A stretch of DNA of 64,000 bases from Octopus vulgaris (GCA_951406725.2 OX597838.1:32736001-32800000); one strand, 5' to 3'; positions 40,601 to 51,977 are shown, counted from the stretch's first letter. Notes: a model not told the origin generated them from the letters alone. A program made the numbers and translations.

Positions 40601-43600
40601 TCCCCCCAACATCGCTTGACAACCGATGCTGGTCTGCTTATCACATGGCCAGGCCTGCCGTACACATCGCACTCGCCACAAATCTAATCTCCGACTTTTC
40701 ACATCGGAACAACAAGGAAAGAAAGAAAGAAAGAAAGGAGGACTGACCTGAAGTCTGGCAGAGAAAGTTGTAGTCTCTGAATTGCTTTCCTTCTCGTAAT
40801 GAACTGGGTGGCTTCACCCTTTTCATACTGAAAACAGATAAAAAGGCAACTTTTAAAATCTTACATTACAAAAGGCAACTATTAAAATCTTGCATTACAT
40901 AGGCGCAGGAGCGGCTGTGTGGTAAGTAGCTTGCTTACGAACCTCATGGTTCCGGGATCAGTTCCACTGCGTGGCACCTTGGGCAAGTGTCTCCTACCAT
41001 AGCCTCGGGTCAACCAAAGCCTTGTGAGTGGATTTGGTCGACGGAAACTGAAAGAAGCCCGTCGAATATATATGTATATATGTTTGTCCCACCCAACATC
41101 GCTTAGTGGTTCGGCAAAAGAGACTGATAGAATAAGTACTAGGGTTAGAAAGAATAAGTCCTGGGGTCGAGTTGCTCGAGCAAAGGCGGTGCTCCAGCAT
41201 GGCCACAGTCAAATGACTGAAACAAGTAAAAGAGTAAGAGAAAGAGTATAAAACCACGCACAACACATATGCATACATTTATATTTGCACCCACCACCAG
41301 GCTATATTGTGCTTGTTTTCATTGCTGCCCTCAGGCTCACTATTCCCAGCAGCTTTTTGCCGTTAACACCACCAAAACTGAGCAAAATTATCGTTAAAAG
41401 AATGAAGTTCTAAGGATTTTTTGGACGATAACTGACATGGCAAGAGCATGTCCATGTCTTATGTACGAATTTTCAGTTCATTCCACTGTTGTGCCTGTTT
41501 AATTATTAAAACTTATATATATATATATATGTATGTATATACATATTTATATAGACATACATACATTATATATGTACATAAAAACACCATCCGATCGTGG
41601 CCGTTTGCCAGCCTCGTCTAGCATGTAAAAAGCACCCACTACACTCATGGAGTGGTTGGCGTTAGGAAGGGCATCCAGCTGTAGAAACATTGCCAGATCA
41701 CACTGGGCCTGGTGCAGCCTTCTGGCTTTCCAGATCCCAGTTGCACCGTCCAACCCAAGCCAGCATGGAAAGCGGACGCTAAACGATGATGATGATGATA
41801 TATATATATATAGGCGCAATGGCCCAGTGGTTAGGGCAGTGGACTCGCAGTCAGAGGATCGCAGCTTCGATTCCCAGACAGGGCATTGTGTGTTTATTGA
41901 GCAAAAACACCTAAAAACTCCACGAGGCTCCGGCAGTGGGGTGGTGGAGACCCCTGTTGTACTCTTTTGCCACAACTTTCTCTCACTCTCTCTTCCTGTT
42001 TCTTGAGTAACACTGCGATGGACTGGCATCCCGTCCGGCTGGGGGGGGGGGGGGACACATACGCCATAGAAACTGGGAAACTGGGCCCATGAGCCTGGCT
42101 AGGTTTGAAAAGGGTGACGTTTATCATTTATATATATATATACATACACACACATAAATACAGGTGTATTGATAGATGCAAACATGAAAAATAGAAGTCA
42201 AAATATGAGTAAAAGTATATTTTTATTAATATTTAGCAAAAGTAAGAGAGTGATTCAAAGTCTGAGTTCCATGCGTTTGATGAGTGCCAACGCACAAAAC
42301 TCTCAGACCTTGAGTCACTCTGTTACTTCTGCTAAATATTAATAAATATAGATATATTTTCCATCACATTTCTTAAAAATTGTGGTAGAGGCCTTGGTCT
42401 TGGGATCGTTCATGTCTAGAAACTGAAGTAAGCAAGGGCATGCTCTCCATAGAAAATCCAGCTCCAAAAAAACCTCATGATAGCAAAGAAGAATGGGCAC
42501 CAGCCAGCCCAAAGGTTGGGGTGGGCTGCACCTGCCTACCTCGGTTGTTATGGAATTGAGGTAGATCTGGCCACCCTCGTTAACGAGGACAAAATCCAGA
42601 TTTAAAACACTGGATGATGATGATGATTCCATGCTGGCATGGGTTAGGTGGTTTGACTGGGTCTGGTAAGCCGGAGAGCTGTACCAAGCTCCAGTCTGAT
42701 CTGACTTGGTTTCAACAGTTGGATGCACTTCTTTACATCCCTGCCACTTAGCAGTTTGGCAAAAGAGACTGATAGAGTAAGTATTAGACTTTAAATGAAG
42801 ACGTATGTACTGGGGTCAATCTGTTTCAAGGTGGTGACCCAGCATGGCCACAGTCCAATGATTGAAACAAGTAAAAAAATAATACTTGGTTTCCGTTTTG
42901 GTATTTCGCGTCACTTTTTGATGTTACTTACACAGTCCTCATTTCCTCCAGTGCCTCTCCACATCTAACAAGGGCAGAATTCTAGTTTAAGCACCCCTAA
43001 TAATCCCTCATAACTATTTTTTAATTTCTGGAACTTTTGGACAATATTTGCAAATTTGTGATCTACATATGGAAATTCTTACAATTTTGAAAAAAGAAAA
43101 AAATTGTGTGATTTAACCCTTTAGCGTTCAGGTTATTCCATCAAACATAATGCCTATTGATTCCTATTTATTTGAATTAATCAGGCATTATCTCATATCT
43201 TCAAGATCTTGATGGTGTAATTACTTAATGTAGATTAACATTGTAGGGTAGGTGTGAGAGCCTGGATCTGGTCAGTTTGAACATAAAACAGATTAACTAT
43301 TTTGGCCGGATATGGCCAGTTTAAATACTAAAGGGTTAAGGGCAATTTAGCTGTTGTTTTTAGCACATCCCACAACCACCTGATACCTTCTGCATTTCTT
43401 TGTCACTCTGTTTTTCAATATTTTTTCCTCCCCATAAACACAATTAATTCCACCTCACCAAGAATTCTAATTTAGTTCTAAAATCATTTGGTCTGCAGAG
43501 TCTTGGTCCAGTTTACCATATTTCTTCTCTTTTGGAGAAAAGAACACGAGTCAACCATTTCCCTGACCCAGTTTTCGTGATCCTGGATCTCACTATTTCC

Positions 43601-44260
43601 GACCATTTATATAAATATCAACAAGCATACAAGAGGTGCAGGCATGGCTGTGTGGTAAGAAGCTTGTTTTGTCAACCACATGGTTCCAGGTTCAGTCCCA
43701 CTGCATGGCACCTTGGTCAAGTGTTTTCTACTATATATTTCTTTACTACCCACAAGGAGCTAAACACAGAGGGGACAAACGGATTAAGTCGATTACATCG
43801 ACCCTAGTGTGTAACTGGTACTTAATTTATCGCGCATGTTTGTACATGTTTGTATCGCACATGCGGCATATTCGTTTCTGAAGGCGAAGAAAGTTTTGAA
43901 TAATGTTACTCCCCGATGTTTACATTTACATACGCGCAAGTCGTTGTAGGATCGACTATTTACGACTAGATATATATATATTTACATTAAATTCCGAAAG
44001 ATTGCCTAAATTCCAAAATAATCGGAATCTTAATGAAAAGAAAAAAACATTTTAAACGATTACGCGATGTTAATAGGATGTGATTTACCAATACATACAT
44101 ATATATACATACACGCGCATATTTTATAGATAGATATAGAGACAGATATTTTTATTAATATTTATACTAACATAAACATTTAAATGTATTAAATTTAAGC
44201 CTCCCTAAATCCTAAATAACAACAAACAACGCAAAAAAATACCTTTCTGTCTCTCTGCAT
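12116..44260 (-). CDS. PES1: Pescadillo homolog (PeBoW complex, 60S biogenesis); spliced CDS, 17 exons, 590 aa
   Basis: Hand-assembled minus-strand exons with GT-AG boundaries and consistent phases: 44243-44260, 40748-40827, 39255-39408, 37367-37476, 36346-36473, 33675-33718, 33313-33402, 31599-31715, 30219-30287, 29087-29167, 27755-27888, 23999-24124, 21015-21187, 19117-19242, 16313-16383, 13442-13615, 12116-12193 (sum 1773 nt). The translation shows pescadillo hallmarks: [40 protein letters not shown] region [16 protein letters not shown]...[21 protein letters not shown], an acidic tract and a basic C-terminus. Confidence 0.96.
12695..12775 (+). ncRNA. Type I hammerhead ribozyme motif with palindromic stem III
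   Basis: GGCU-CUGAUGA-AGC...GCA-GAAA-CAGCUG-UA-AGCC: stem I GGCU/AGCC, self-complementary ACAGCUGU, cleavage triplet GUA. Confidence 0.7.
13030..13395. repeat. Low-complexity (TG/TATG/CATG) tract
   Basis: Direct inspection; source of the His/Thr-rich pseudo-ORFs. Confidence 0.9.
13442..13615 (-). CDS. PES1: PES1 exon 16 ([21 protein letters not shown])
   Basis: aaacag|AAG...GAG|gtgagt, 174 nt; conserved C-terminal motif. Confidence 0.95.
13741..14240. repeat. Degenerate ~100-120 bp tandem repeat incorporating a reversed SINE tail
   Basis: aacaagaaatacttg...cttgttccagc...tggccacgctggagc recurs 4-5 times. Confidence 0.7.
14265..15035 (+). mobile_element. SINE with three tandem heads
   Basis: The head (ctgtgtggtaagaagcttgcttcccaac...ggttcagtcccactgc) occurs at about 14270, 14450 and 14645, separated by (TA)n, followed by one tail. 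Confidence 0.8.
15508..16228 (+). mobile_element. SINE with triplicated head
   Basis: The head repeats at about 15510, 15700 and 15857 with (TA)n spacers; a single tail ends gtaaaagagtaaaag. Confidence 0.8.
16313..16383 (-). CDS. PES1: PES1 exon 15 ([23 protein letters not shown])
   Basis: atttcag|CC...AAG|gtttgt, 71 nt; needed to bridge phase 1 to phase 0; NLS-like basic clusters. Confidence 0.85.
16411..16795 (-). mobile_element. Non-autonomous Helitron
   Basis: Minus strand: A|TC at the 5' end (16795); 3' hairpin CCCGAGCAACGCCGGG followed by CTAG|T at 16411. These are canonical Helitron termini. Confidence 0.8.
17024..17517 (-). mobile_element. Mariner-derived fragment (5' TIR plus decayed transposase N-terminus)
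   Basis: TIR ggtctggtcaataagtacc; [12 protein letters not shown], the mariner EQR..IKF motif. Confidence 0.75.
18609..19045 (+). mobile_element. RTE-clade LINE 3' fragment (decayed)
   Basis: [11 protein letters not shown]...[15 protein letters not shown]...[10 protein letters not shown], with in-frame stops and a (GAT)n tail. Confidence 0.8.
19117..19242 (-). CDS. PES1: PES1 exon 14 (acidic tract)
   Basis: catcag|AA GGT GAA GAA...AAG A|gtaagc, 126 nt, phase 1/1. Confidence 0.9.
21015..21187 (-). CDS. PES1: PES1 exon 13 ([13 protein letters not shown]...LPPHLSPFV...YIPPEK)
   Basis: tttcag|T...G|gtatgt, 173 nt. Confidence 0.97.
22318..22363 (+). ncRNA. Hammerhead-like motif, stem III apparently deleted
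   Basis: CAAUGUA-C-CUGAUGA-GACCCA-gacuga-UGGGUC-GAAAC-A-UACGUUG; perfect 6-bp stem II; AATAAA follows. Confidence 0.55.
22403..22776. mobile_element. tRNA-headed, hammerhead-containing element as an inverted pair with a 13-bp flanking direct repeat
   Basis: A box 22619-22629, B box 22662-22673; inverted arms about 22510-22608 and 22641-22742; HHR on the minus strand at 22445-22490; CCATCTCCTATTA at 22390-22402 and 22777-22789. Confidence 0.7.
22445..22490 (-). ncRNA. Minimal type I hammerhead ribozyme motif
   Basis: GACAU-CUGAAGA-A-GGCUG-gaggguauau-CAGCU-GAAAC-GUU-GUGUC. Confidence 0.7.
23999..24124 (-). CDS. PES1: PES1 exon 12 (SFGGEVSW...ISHQIVDRP)
   Basis: ctgcag|T...CG|gtacgt, 126 nt. 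Confidence 0.96.
24169..24843 (+). mobile_element. Three tandem piggyBac-like MITE copies
   Basis: TTAA-CCCTTT...AAAGGG-TTAA termini, about 225-bp units; the third copy lacks its left end. Confidence 0.75.
25117..25580 (+). mobile_element. Second copy of the mariner-derived fragment
   Basis: Near reverse complement of 17024-17517. Confidence 0.75.
25799..26148. repeat. Long palindrome / foldback MITE (arms about 160 bp, loop about 25 nt)
   Basis: ggagtaaagatt...gctcaaaac / gttttgagc...aatctttactcc. Confidence 0.9.
26670..27720. repeat. (CAT)n-tailed interspersed repeat with internally amplified ~60-bp subunits and a ~370-bp duplication
   Basis: tatgtgccaccgacacaggtgccag recurs 5 times; the block at about 26960-27300 is duplicated at about 27300-27660. 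Confidence 0.8.
27755..27888 (-). CDS. PES1: PES1 exon 11 (start of BRCT domain, [16 protein letters not shown])
   Basis: cttcag|CCT...CG|gtaagt, 134 nt. Confidence 0.96.
28716..29053. repeat. 66-bp minisatellite (about 5 units) inside the (CAT)n-tailed repeat
   Basis: ggcactggaatcgacca recurs at a 66-bp period. Confidence 0.85.
29087..29167 (-). CDS. PES1: PES1 exon 10 ([11 protein letters not shown]...[10 protein letters not shown])
   Basis: tttccag|CAA...AAT|gtaagt, 81 nt; contains the conserved LAA...DEFP. Confidence 0.92.
29541..30052. mobile_element. Tc1/pogo-type MITE
   Basis: TIRs taccgtaaatcctc / gaggatttacggta with TA ends. Confidence 0.7.
30219..30287 (-). CDS. PES1: PES1 exon 9 ([23 protein letters not shown])
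   Basis: ttgcag|TTT...GAA|gtaagt, 69 nt, phase 0/0, variable linker. Confidence 0.88.
30337..30806 (-). mobile_element. Two tandem copies of the same piggyBac-like MITE, reverse orientation
   Basis: Reverse complement of the 24169 units. Confidence 0.75.
31599..31715 (-). CDS. PES1: PES1 exon 8 ([23 protein letters not shown]...NLYYPPQ)
   Basis: gcacag|TAT...CAG|gtaagg, 117 nt. Confidence 0.96.
33313..33402 (-). CDS. PES1: PES1 exon 7 ([16 protein letters not shown]...PHAVAHN)
   Basis: ttttcag|GTG...AAT|gtaagt, 90 nt. Confidence 0.96.
33675..33718 (-). CDS. PES1: PES1 exon 6 ([15 protein letters not shown])
   Basis: ttgcag|TG...AAG|gtcagt, 44 nt. Confidence 0.95.
34729..34770 (-). ncRNA. 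Degenerate minimal hammerhead-like motif in a Penelope-like repeat
   Basis: CUUU-CUGUAGCA-GAGC-guag-GCUC-GAAAU-GUA-AAAG; the core is variant. A related decayed copy lies on the plus strand at about 17797-17832. Confidence 0.45.
35812..36045 (+). mobile_element. Second tRNA-derived SINE family (representative copy)
   Basis: A box CTGGCAGAACCG, B box GAGTTCAAATTCC, central domain gtcgactttgcctttcatcctttc.ggg.cgataaattaagtaccag. Many copies occur, including multimers at about 45860-46650 and 54700-55790. Confidence 0.75.
36346..36473 (-). CDS. PES1: PES1 exon 5 ([25 protein letters not shown]...LCRRLT)
   Basis: ttcccag|G...ACAG|gtaaga, 128 nt. Confidence 0.96.
37367..37476 (-). CDS. PES1: PES1 exon 4 (HYMRRLKR...[12 protein letters not shown])
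   Basis: gcacag|CAT...CG|gtaagg, 110 nt. Confidence 0.95.
39255..39408 (-). CDS. PES1: PES1 exon 3 ([17 protein letters not shown]...[12 protein letters not shown])
   Basis: tttgacag|G...AAG|gtaggt, 154 nt. Confidence 0.97.
40748..40827 (-). CDS. PES1: PES1 exon 2 ([27 protein letters not shown])
   Basis: ttttcag|TAT...TTCAG|gtcagt, 80 nt. Confidence 0.95.
41813..42125 (+). mobile_element. Third tRNA-derived SINE family with V/Meta-like central domain
   Basis: TGGCCCAGTGG A box, GCTTCGATTCCC B box, and a ctgcgatggactggcatcccgtcc domain. Confidence 0.6.
44243..44260 (-). CDS. PES1: PES1 exon 1 (MQRDRK)
   Basis: ATG CAG AGA GAC AGA AAG|gtattt; joins exon 2 in phase 0 to give MQRDRKYEKG, matching the pescadillo N-terminus. 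Short exon, so less certain. Confidence 0.8.
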
Positions 44261-44635
44261 TTTCGATGCCAGAAGCTGACCCACGTGTCTCTGGCGAGGT
44301 TTAGCAAAGATAACGGAGAGCTCCACCAGAAAGGGGGAAGTAACTGACAGCACTTCGTTCAAAATTGTTGTTTCCCCAAATAAATTGTTGTTTATCTCCC
44401 CTTGTAACGCTGGCCTGACCAGACACGACATCAAATGCGTTCCAACCGTGATCCTCCTCTACTATTTACTTGTTTTATTTGTTTCAGTCATTTGGCTGCG
44501 GCCATGCTGGAGCACCGCCTTTAGTCGAGCAAATCGACCCCCGGGACTTATTCTATCGGTTTTTTTTGCCGAACCGCTAAGTGACGGGGACGTAAACACA
44601 CCAGCATCGGTTGTCAAGCAATGCTAGAGGGACAA

Positions 44636-44702
<67 letters not shown>

Positions 44703-47261
44703 TATGACAGGCTTCTTTCAGTTTACGTCTACCAAATCCACTCACAAGGCTTTGGTCGGCCCGAGACTATAGCAGAAGACACTTGCCCAAGATGCCACGC
44801 AGTGGGACTGAACCCAGAACCATGTGGTTGGTTAGCAAGCTACTTACCACACAGCCACATTTATTTTATTTATCTATCTATTTGTGTTTAGACATACTGT
44901 GTCTACGACTAAATCACTGAGACGAAGTATTCAGAGATGCCCCACCCCCCACCCAAATGAACAACAACAGTTAAGTTAATTCTGTTGTGTCTGGGGTCGA
45001 TGTAATCGACTTAACCCCTTTGTCTATCCTTGCTTGTCCCTTCTATGTTTAGCCCCTTGTGGGCAATAAAGAAATAGGTGGCCCAGTTAAACATAATAAG
45101 ACCACTTATAATTTTTATTACTGTTCCCTACTTGATTTCAGGGCATTGCTTACCCCTTCCAGTTTTCATTCTTCCATCCTCTGCTTTGTCTTCTTTTCCA
45201 ATTTATCACTTCTTTTCCCTCTTCCTTTTTTTCCCCTTATCTTCTCTTTGGTTCTTCTTTTCCAGTTTATCCCCTCTCTTCCCCTTTTTTCTTTATCTCT
45301 CTTCCACCCACCTTATACTTATTACCTCTTTGTTCCCCTTTCACATATCCGTATTGTTCATTTATCATTGTTCTGCTTGGTTCTCACCAGAACACAATGA
45401 TTTAGATAAGGGTAGCATTGATTCTCTGAGTCTTTGTCCTTTTTACAACCAATCAATGGATCAATTGAATAAGCCAATTAATAACACACCTATAATGACT
45501 TCGGCCGTTTTAGAAAATATGTAATGACCATTATTTATGCCTTATCTTAGATACCTCAAACCTCCCATCCTCTGACACAAGTCCCCTACCTCAAATGCCC
45601 CTGCCCCTCTCAAAATCCCTTGTCTGGCCAGTTACTTGGTGACCCTGCCAGAGTGAGTACCACATAAAAATTATCCAATCCACACTGTAAAGTGGTTAGC
45701 ATTTGGAAGGGCATCCAGTTGTAAAAATCATGCTAAATCTAACCTCGCTTGTGCTAGTGCCGTGTAAAATGTACTGAATCCACCCTGCAGAGTGGTTGAT
45801 GTTAGGAAGGGCATCCAGCTGCAAATACCCTGCCAAAATGGACACAGCAGCCTAGGGTGTTTTCTTATTTCTTTATGGCCCACAAGGGGACAAACAAGGA
45901 CAGACAAAGGGATTAAGTCGATTATATCAACCCCAGTGCATAACTGGTACTTAATTTATCGACCCCGAAAGGATGAAGGCAAAGTTGACCTCAGCAGAAT
46001 TTGAACTCAGAATGTCAACACACAAAATATCAATAAGCATTTTTCTTGATGTGCTAATGGTTTTGCCAGCTTGCCGCCTTCATTTTTTTTATAATATCGG
46101 GGTGAGGAGGGGCAGTTAATTAGATTCACCCCAGAACACAACTGGTACTTAATTTATCGACCCTGAAAGGATGAAAGGCAAAGTCGACCTCAGCAGAATT
46201 TGAACTTGGAATGTAAAGACAGACAAAGTACCTATTTCTTTACTACCCACAAGGGGCTAAACACAGAGAGGATAAACAAGGACAGACAAAGGGATTAAGT
46301 CGATTACATCAACCCCAGTGCATAACTGATACTTAATTTATCGATCCCAAAAGGATGAAAGGCAAAGTCGACCTCGGTGGAATTTGAACTCAGAACGTAG
46401 CGGGAGATGAAATACCTATTTCTTTACTACCCACAAAGGGCTAAACACAGAGAGGACAAACAAAGATAGACAAACGGATTAAGTCGATTATATCGACCCC
46501 AATGCGTAACTGGTACTTATTTAATCGTCCCCAAAAGGATGAGAGGCAAAGTCGACCTTGGCGAAATTTGAACTCAGAACGTAGCGGCAGACAAAATACT
46601 GCTAAGCATTTCACCTGGTGTGCTAACGTTTCTGCCTGCTCACCACCTTAAATGTTTTCTACCTGGCCAGCTCCTATGAACCGTCTGACCCATGCATGCA
46701 TGGAAAATGGACATTAAACAATGATGATGTTGATGATGATATATATTTCTTAAACAAGAATGTTGTTGACAGTGACTTCGAAGTTTGGGCCAGCTAAGTC
46801 ATCTTAGCTGGGCGAAAACTTCTAAGTCACTATTAACAACATTCTTGTATAAGAACCATTAGTTTGTACTCTACAAAAATATAGAGTAACCAATCAGATA
46901 AAGACAAACATTAATATGTGTATGTATATGTATACATATATATGTATATATATATTATGTGTGAATATGGTTGTGTCTCCTAGTCTTGACATCATGTCAT
47001 AGTTGTAAATGATTGTCACTGTCATACAAGCAGTGTTATTCATTTTCGATATTCTATGAGGACTCTGGGGAAATATTACCTTGCTTGGAAACAGGTGAGG
47101 CTTGATAACAGGAAAGGTAACTGGCCATGGAAAATTTGCCTCAACAAATTCCACCTCACCTGTGCAAGCATGAAAAAGTAAACATTAAAAGAGGATGGTG
47201 GTGATGATGTTCTTTTAAAGATATAGTTAAAGTATGTTGACTTATTTTCTAGTGAAACAAC

Positions 47262-47559
47262 AGTGTATCACCCTCTATAAAAGGTTGGAAAACACTTTTA
47301 TGGAAGTAAACCTTTGGGAAAATACTGATATAGAAGTAATAAACCTTTGCAAGCTTAACACCAAGGCATCAAAAGATAACAAAATATATTTCATACACTT
47401 TTAAGAGTCAGTGTATCACCATCTATAAAAGGTTGGAAAACACTTTTATGGAAGTAAACCTTTGGGAAAATACTAATACAGAAGTAATAAACTTTTGCAA
47501 GCTTAACACCAATACATCAAAAGATAACAAGATATATTTCATACACTTTTAAGAGTCAG
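47262..47559. repeat. Local tandem duplication, 2 x ~148 bp
   Basis: agtgtatcacc...cacttttaagagtcag occurs twice with a few substitutions. Confidence 0.9.
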
Positions 47560-48164
47560 CTTTATTATTCGTTTGAAAATAAAAAAAACTTTACAAATGA
47601 AAAAAAAAAAAATGTGAATAGAATTTTACAATAGAAGTGAAAACAGCAGTAATTGATTTCATAAAGATCTCATAAGAATGAATTAATTGTGGAGAATATG
47701 TCTGCTGATTATGATGTTGTCCTTAATGCCAATCCTTTATCAAAGCTTTGTATCTCAACATGTAGCAACTGCTAGTGCACTATGATACATGAGATGAGAA
47801 GAACAGTTTCAATGAAGGATCCATGCTCTGGTGGACATAATCATGATACACAGAGATATTGGGACTTGTGTTCTCATCTGGGGTTGTTACAGTGAGAGAC
47901 CTACTTCAGCTGCCTGAAACAGAGAGAAATGTTCTTGAATTTTCAAACCAAAGCCTTTATTATTTATTCAATCCATGTCAGTAGAATTATGCTCGTTCCA
48001 TCATTTGGTGCCAAAGATATTCCTGTATTTGGTATTCTCAACCTTGTGGTGCCACTTTCTTGTTCCACTTGAACCAGAGTTTATATAAATCTCCTGACAC
48101 AGGAATTGAACTCATAGTCACCAGGTAAACTGTATTGCTTAATACCTGACACTTAATCAATGCT

Positions 48165-48195
<31 letters not shown>

Positions 48196-48644
48196 GATGA
48201 TGATGATGATATATATATATATATACACACATATGTATGCATGTATGTACTCCGAGTCAGGCAAAACAAGCAAAGAATATTACAGGCTTAAGGGTTATTA
48301 ACCCTTAAACGGCAGGAAAAGGTTTCTTAAAGGTAATTTTTTAAGACTTATTTTCACTTTAAATAAATACAAAAACGATGAAATTATATTTTACACTCTC
48401 TTATATTATAAAAATAAAGACAAAAGCGTAATGAAAACATTTGAGCATAAATTCTTTTGAGATTCCCACAATCTTTTGTCAAACGAATGTACAAATATCA
48501 ATGTGCTTTTTCTACCCAGACCTAATTGAGGCATCGCTTTTTTCTGTGCTATCCTCCTCATCTCCCTCATTTAATGATGAAGGTAAATAAAAAAAATTAA
48601 AAAAAGCATCTTCATTGTTGTATAATTTTTTTCATTTGTAACAT

Positions 48645-49112
48645 AACCCTTTCGTTACTAAGCTGGCTGAAGCCGGCTCTGGCTCTGTAGTACAAATGTC
48701 TTGTTTTCATAAGTTTTGAATTAAAATCTCCCACCAAACCTTAATCACAATATATGTTCCTAACACTAGCTTAATGATAACTAAGGTATTTTACTAAATT
48801 CTTTGTTATATTTAAAATTAATTGAAAGAAACACAAAGCATCTCAACAGAAATATGGTAACAAAAGGGTTAACAAATGATTAATTTAACCCTTTTGTTAC
48901 CAACCCAGCTGAAACCGGCTCTGGCTCTGGGTACAAATGTCTTGTTTTCATAAGTTTTGAATTAAAATCTCCCACCAAACCTTAGTCACAATTTATGTTC
49001 CTAACACTAGCTGAATGATGACTAAGTTATTTCACTAAATTCTTTGTTATATTTAAAATAACCGAAAGAAACACAGAGCATCTCAAAATAAATATGGTAA
49101 CGAAAGGGTTAA
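48645..49112 (+). mobile_element. Two tandem copies of the piggyBac-like MITE
   Basis: taaccctttcgttac...gtaacaaaagggttaa occurs twice. Confidence 0.75.
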
Positions 49113-50800
49113 TGTCTCCCACTGATAGGAGATACTTAAACTCAGGTGCATTTGACAAAGCAGATCCTCTCCTTTAATGAAGCACCTGTTGATGATATCT
49201 GCTGTTTAAGGATTAATATGAGAATGTCCTTAGTGTGGACAATGGAACAAGGAAAAAAACTACCCCCTCCCCCTCCCTCCCATGGAATAAAGGATTTGGT
49301 TTGAAACTCCAAGAATGTTTACCAAACGTGAAAGGCATTTGAAAAAGGTGAAAGAGTACAGTGCCTGGAATCAAGATGAGAACATTAGTCTGAATATAAA
49401 CGCACGGTAATTCTTTCTACTATAGGGCATGAGGCCTAAAATTTTGTGGGTGTGGTTAGTCAAGTATATAGGAACCCCCCCCTCTCCACCGGTACTTGAT
49501 TGGTATTTAGTTTTGTCGACTTTGAAAGGACGAAAGGCAAAGTCAAACCTCAGCAGCATTTGAACTCTGAAGATAAAGAACTAGAAGAATTCTGCTAAGC
49601 ATTTTGTCTGATGTACTAATAATACTTATTTCTTTATTGCCCACAGGGGGATAAACATAGAGGGGACAAACAAGGACAGACAAAGGGATTAAGTCAATTA
49701 CATCAACCCCAGTGCGTAACTGGTACTTAATTTATCGACCCCGAAAGGATGAAAGGCAAAGTCGACCTCGGTAGAATTTGAACTCAGACGAAATACCGCT
49801 AAGCATTTCGCCCAGCGTGCTAACGTTTTTGCCAGCTCACAGTCTTGTACTAATAGTTCTGCCAGCCCATTGCCTAATCTTGGTTTCAAATTTTGGTACA
49901 AGGCCAGGAATTTCATGTGGTGGCAGGGGATGGGGGAAGGATAGTCGATTTAAATTGACCCCAGTTTTCTGCAGGTACTTATTTTATCGACCCTGAAAGA
50001 GTGAAAGGCAAAGTCAAACTCAATGGAATTTGAACTCAGAACATAAAGACAGACAAAATGCCGCTAAGTATTCTGCCTGGCATGCTAATGGTTCTGCCAT
50101 CTCGTCACCTTATATACAGTAAGTATAACTCGATGTTGTATATATTTGAATTGAATTGTGCTTGGGCATAAAAATTTTAATTATTAAAGAAATATTCCAA
50201 AATTTTGGCCACGACTAGAAATTAAAAAGTGGTATCTATAAAACAAAGAAAAACCTCTCAAAAAGACAAAAAAAAGGGACTATAAAATGCATGACATGGA
50301 AATAGTAACAACTCAAAAAATGACAAACCTAGAACTTCAAACATATACATTAATTAATGAACACAGACCTGTATGTATATGTATATATATATATATATAT
50401 ATATGCAGCGTTATCCAAAGATGCTCATGTGGTGTGTGGTGTCATGTAAAAGCATCTAGTACACTGTGTAAAGTGGTTGGTGTTAGGGAGGGCATCCAGC
50501 CGTAGATAGGAAGCTGAATCAGACTGTGGTCTGATGCAGCTCCCCAGCTCTGGTCAAACCGTCCAACCCATGCCAGCATGGACTACAGACGTTAAATGAT
50601 GATGATGATGATATATAATATAATATATATATGTATGTATGTATGTATATGTATATACATGCATATTTATATATACATATGTTTTTTATTTCATTTGATA
50701 CATATATCCTCTCACCTATGCTACTAGCTGGCATATACAGGTGCTTACATTTATCAGTATTCACCCTAAATTTATTGTACCTACCTCATATACATATATG

Positions 50801-50831
<31 letters not shown>

Positions 50832-51659
50832 GTATATACATACATATATTATATATGGCCGTTGCCAGCCTAGCCTGGCCCCCATGCCGGTGGCATGTAA
50901 AAAGCACTACCCAATCATGGCCATTGCCAGCACCGCCCTGACTGGCCTCTGTGCCGGTGGCACGTAAAAAGCACCATCCGTCCGTGGCCATTTGCCAGCC
51001 CCGTCTGGCACCTGTGCGGGTGGCATGTAAAAGCACCCACTACACTCACGGAGTGGTTGGCGTTAGGAAGGGCATCCAGCTGTAGAAACTCTGCCAGATC
51101 AGACTGGGCCTGGCACAGCCTTCTGGCTTCCCAGACCCCAGTTGAACCCTCCAACCCATGCTAGCATGGAAAGCAGACACTAAATGATGATGATGATATA
51201 GTGTATACATACAGAAACATATTTATATATACATACATATATATATATATATACATACATATATGTATAGATGTACATATATGTATATACATACATAGTT
51301 TTATATATATACATATATATTATAAAAAACAATAACATTTGAGACATTTAATTAATAAAACATTGCATTCCGTAATTAGTTTATCACCTTCTATCTCCAT
51401 TAGGTCATTTCTATTTAAATTTGTAAGAAGTTAATTAGTTAGATTCGTAAGCAATTAGTTAAATGTGACCCCACCCTCATTAAGTGTAATCTTAGACACT
51501 ATCTGAGTCAGTATAATTTCCAGTGGTACTAAACAAATGCACACATATACACATTCATTAATATATACTTACATGAAAACACACACATATATATGCATAT
51601 ATACATACGTATATGTACATACTTACATCTATACGTATTATCAATGTTATTATCATTGT

Positions 51660-51940
51660 TATTATTATTATTATTATTACTATTACTATTATTCTATGTT
51701 TGACTTTTGCTTTATATTTGTACAAGTTGGCTCCAAGTCTCACCCAGAGACCTCAAGAGACAACAGGTTGGAAGTTTATGTTGTTGTTATGCCTAGTGTG
51801 CCATATATTTGGGTTTTTTTTTGGTGTTGTACTAGTGAATGTCTAAAAAAAACCCCCCAAAATGTTTGTTTTAAACCTTGAGATTACATAGAAAGTATTT
51901 TGCGTAGGATATGAGCAGTTCCCATGAGCACTATCTTTTG

Positions 51941-51977
<37 letters not shown>

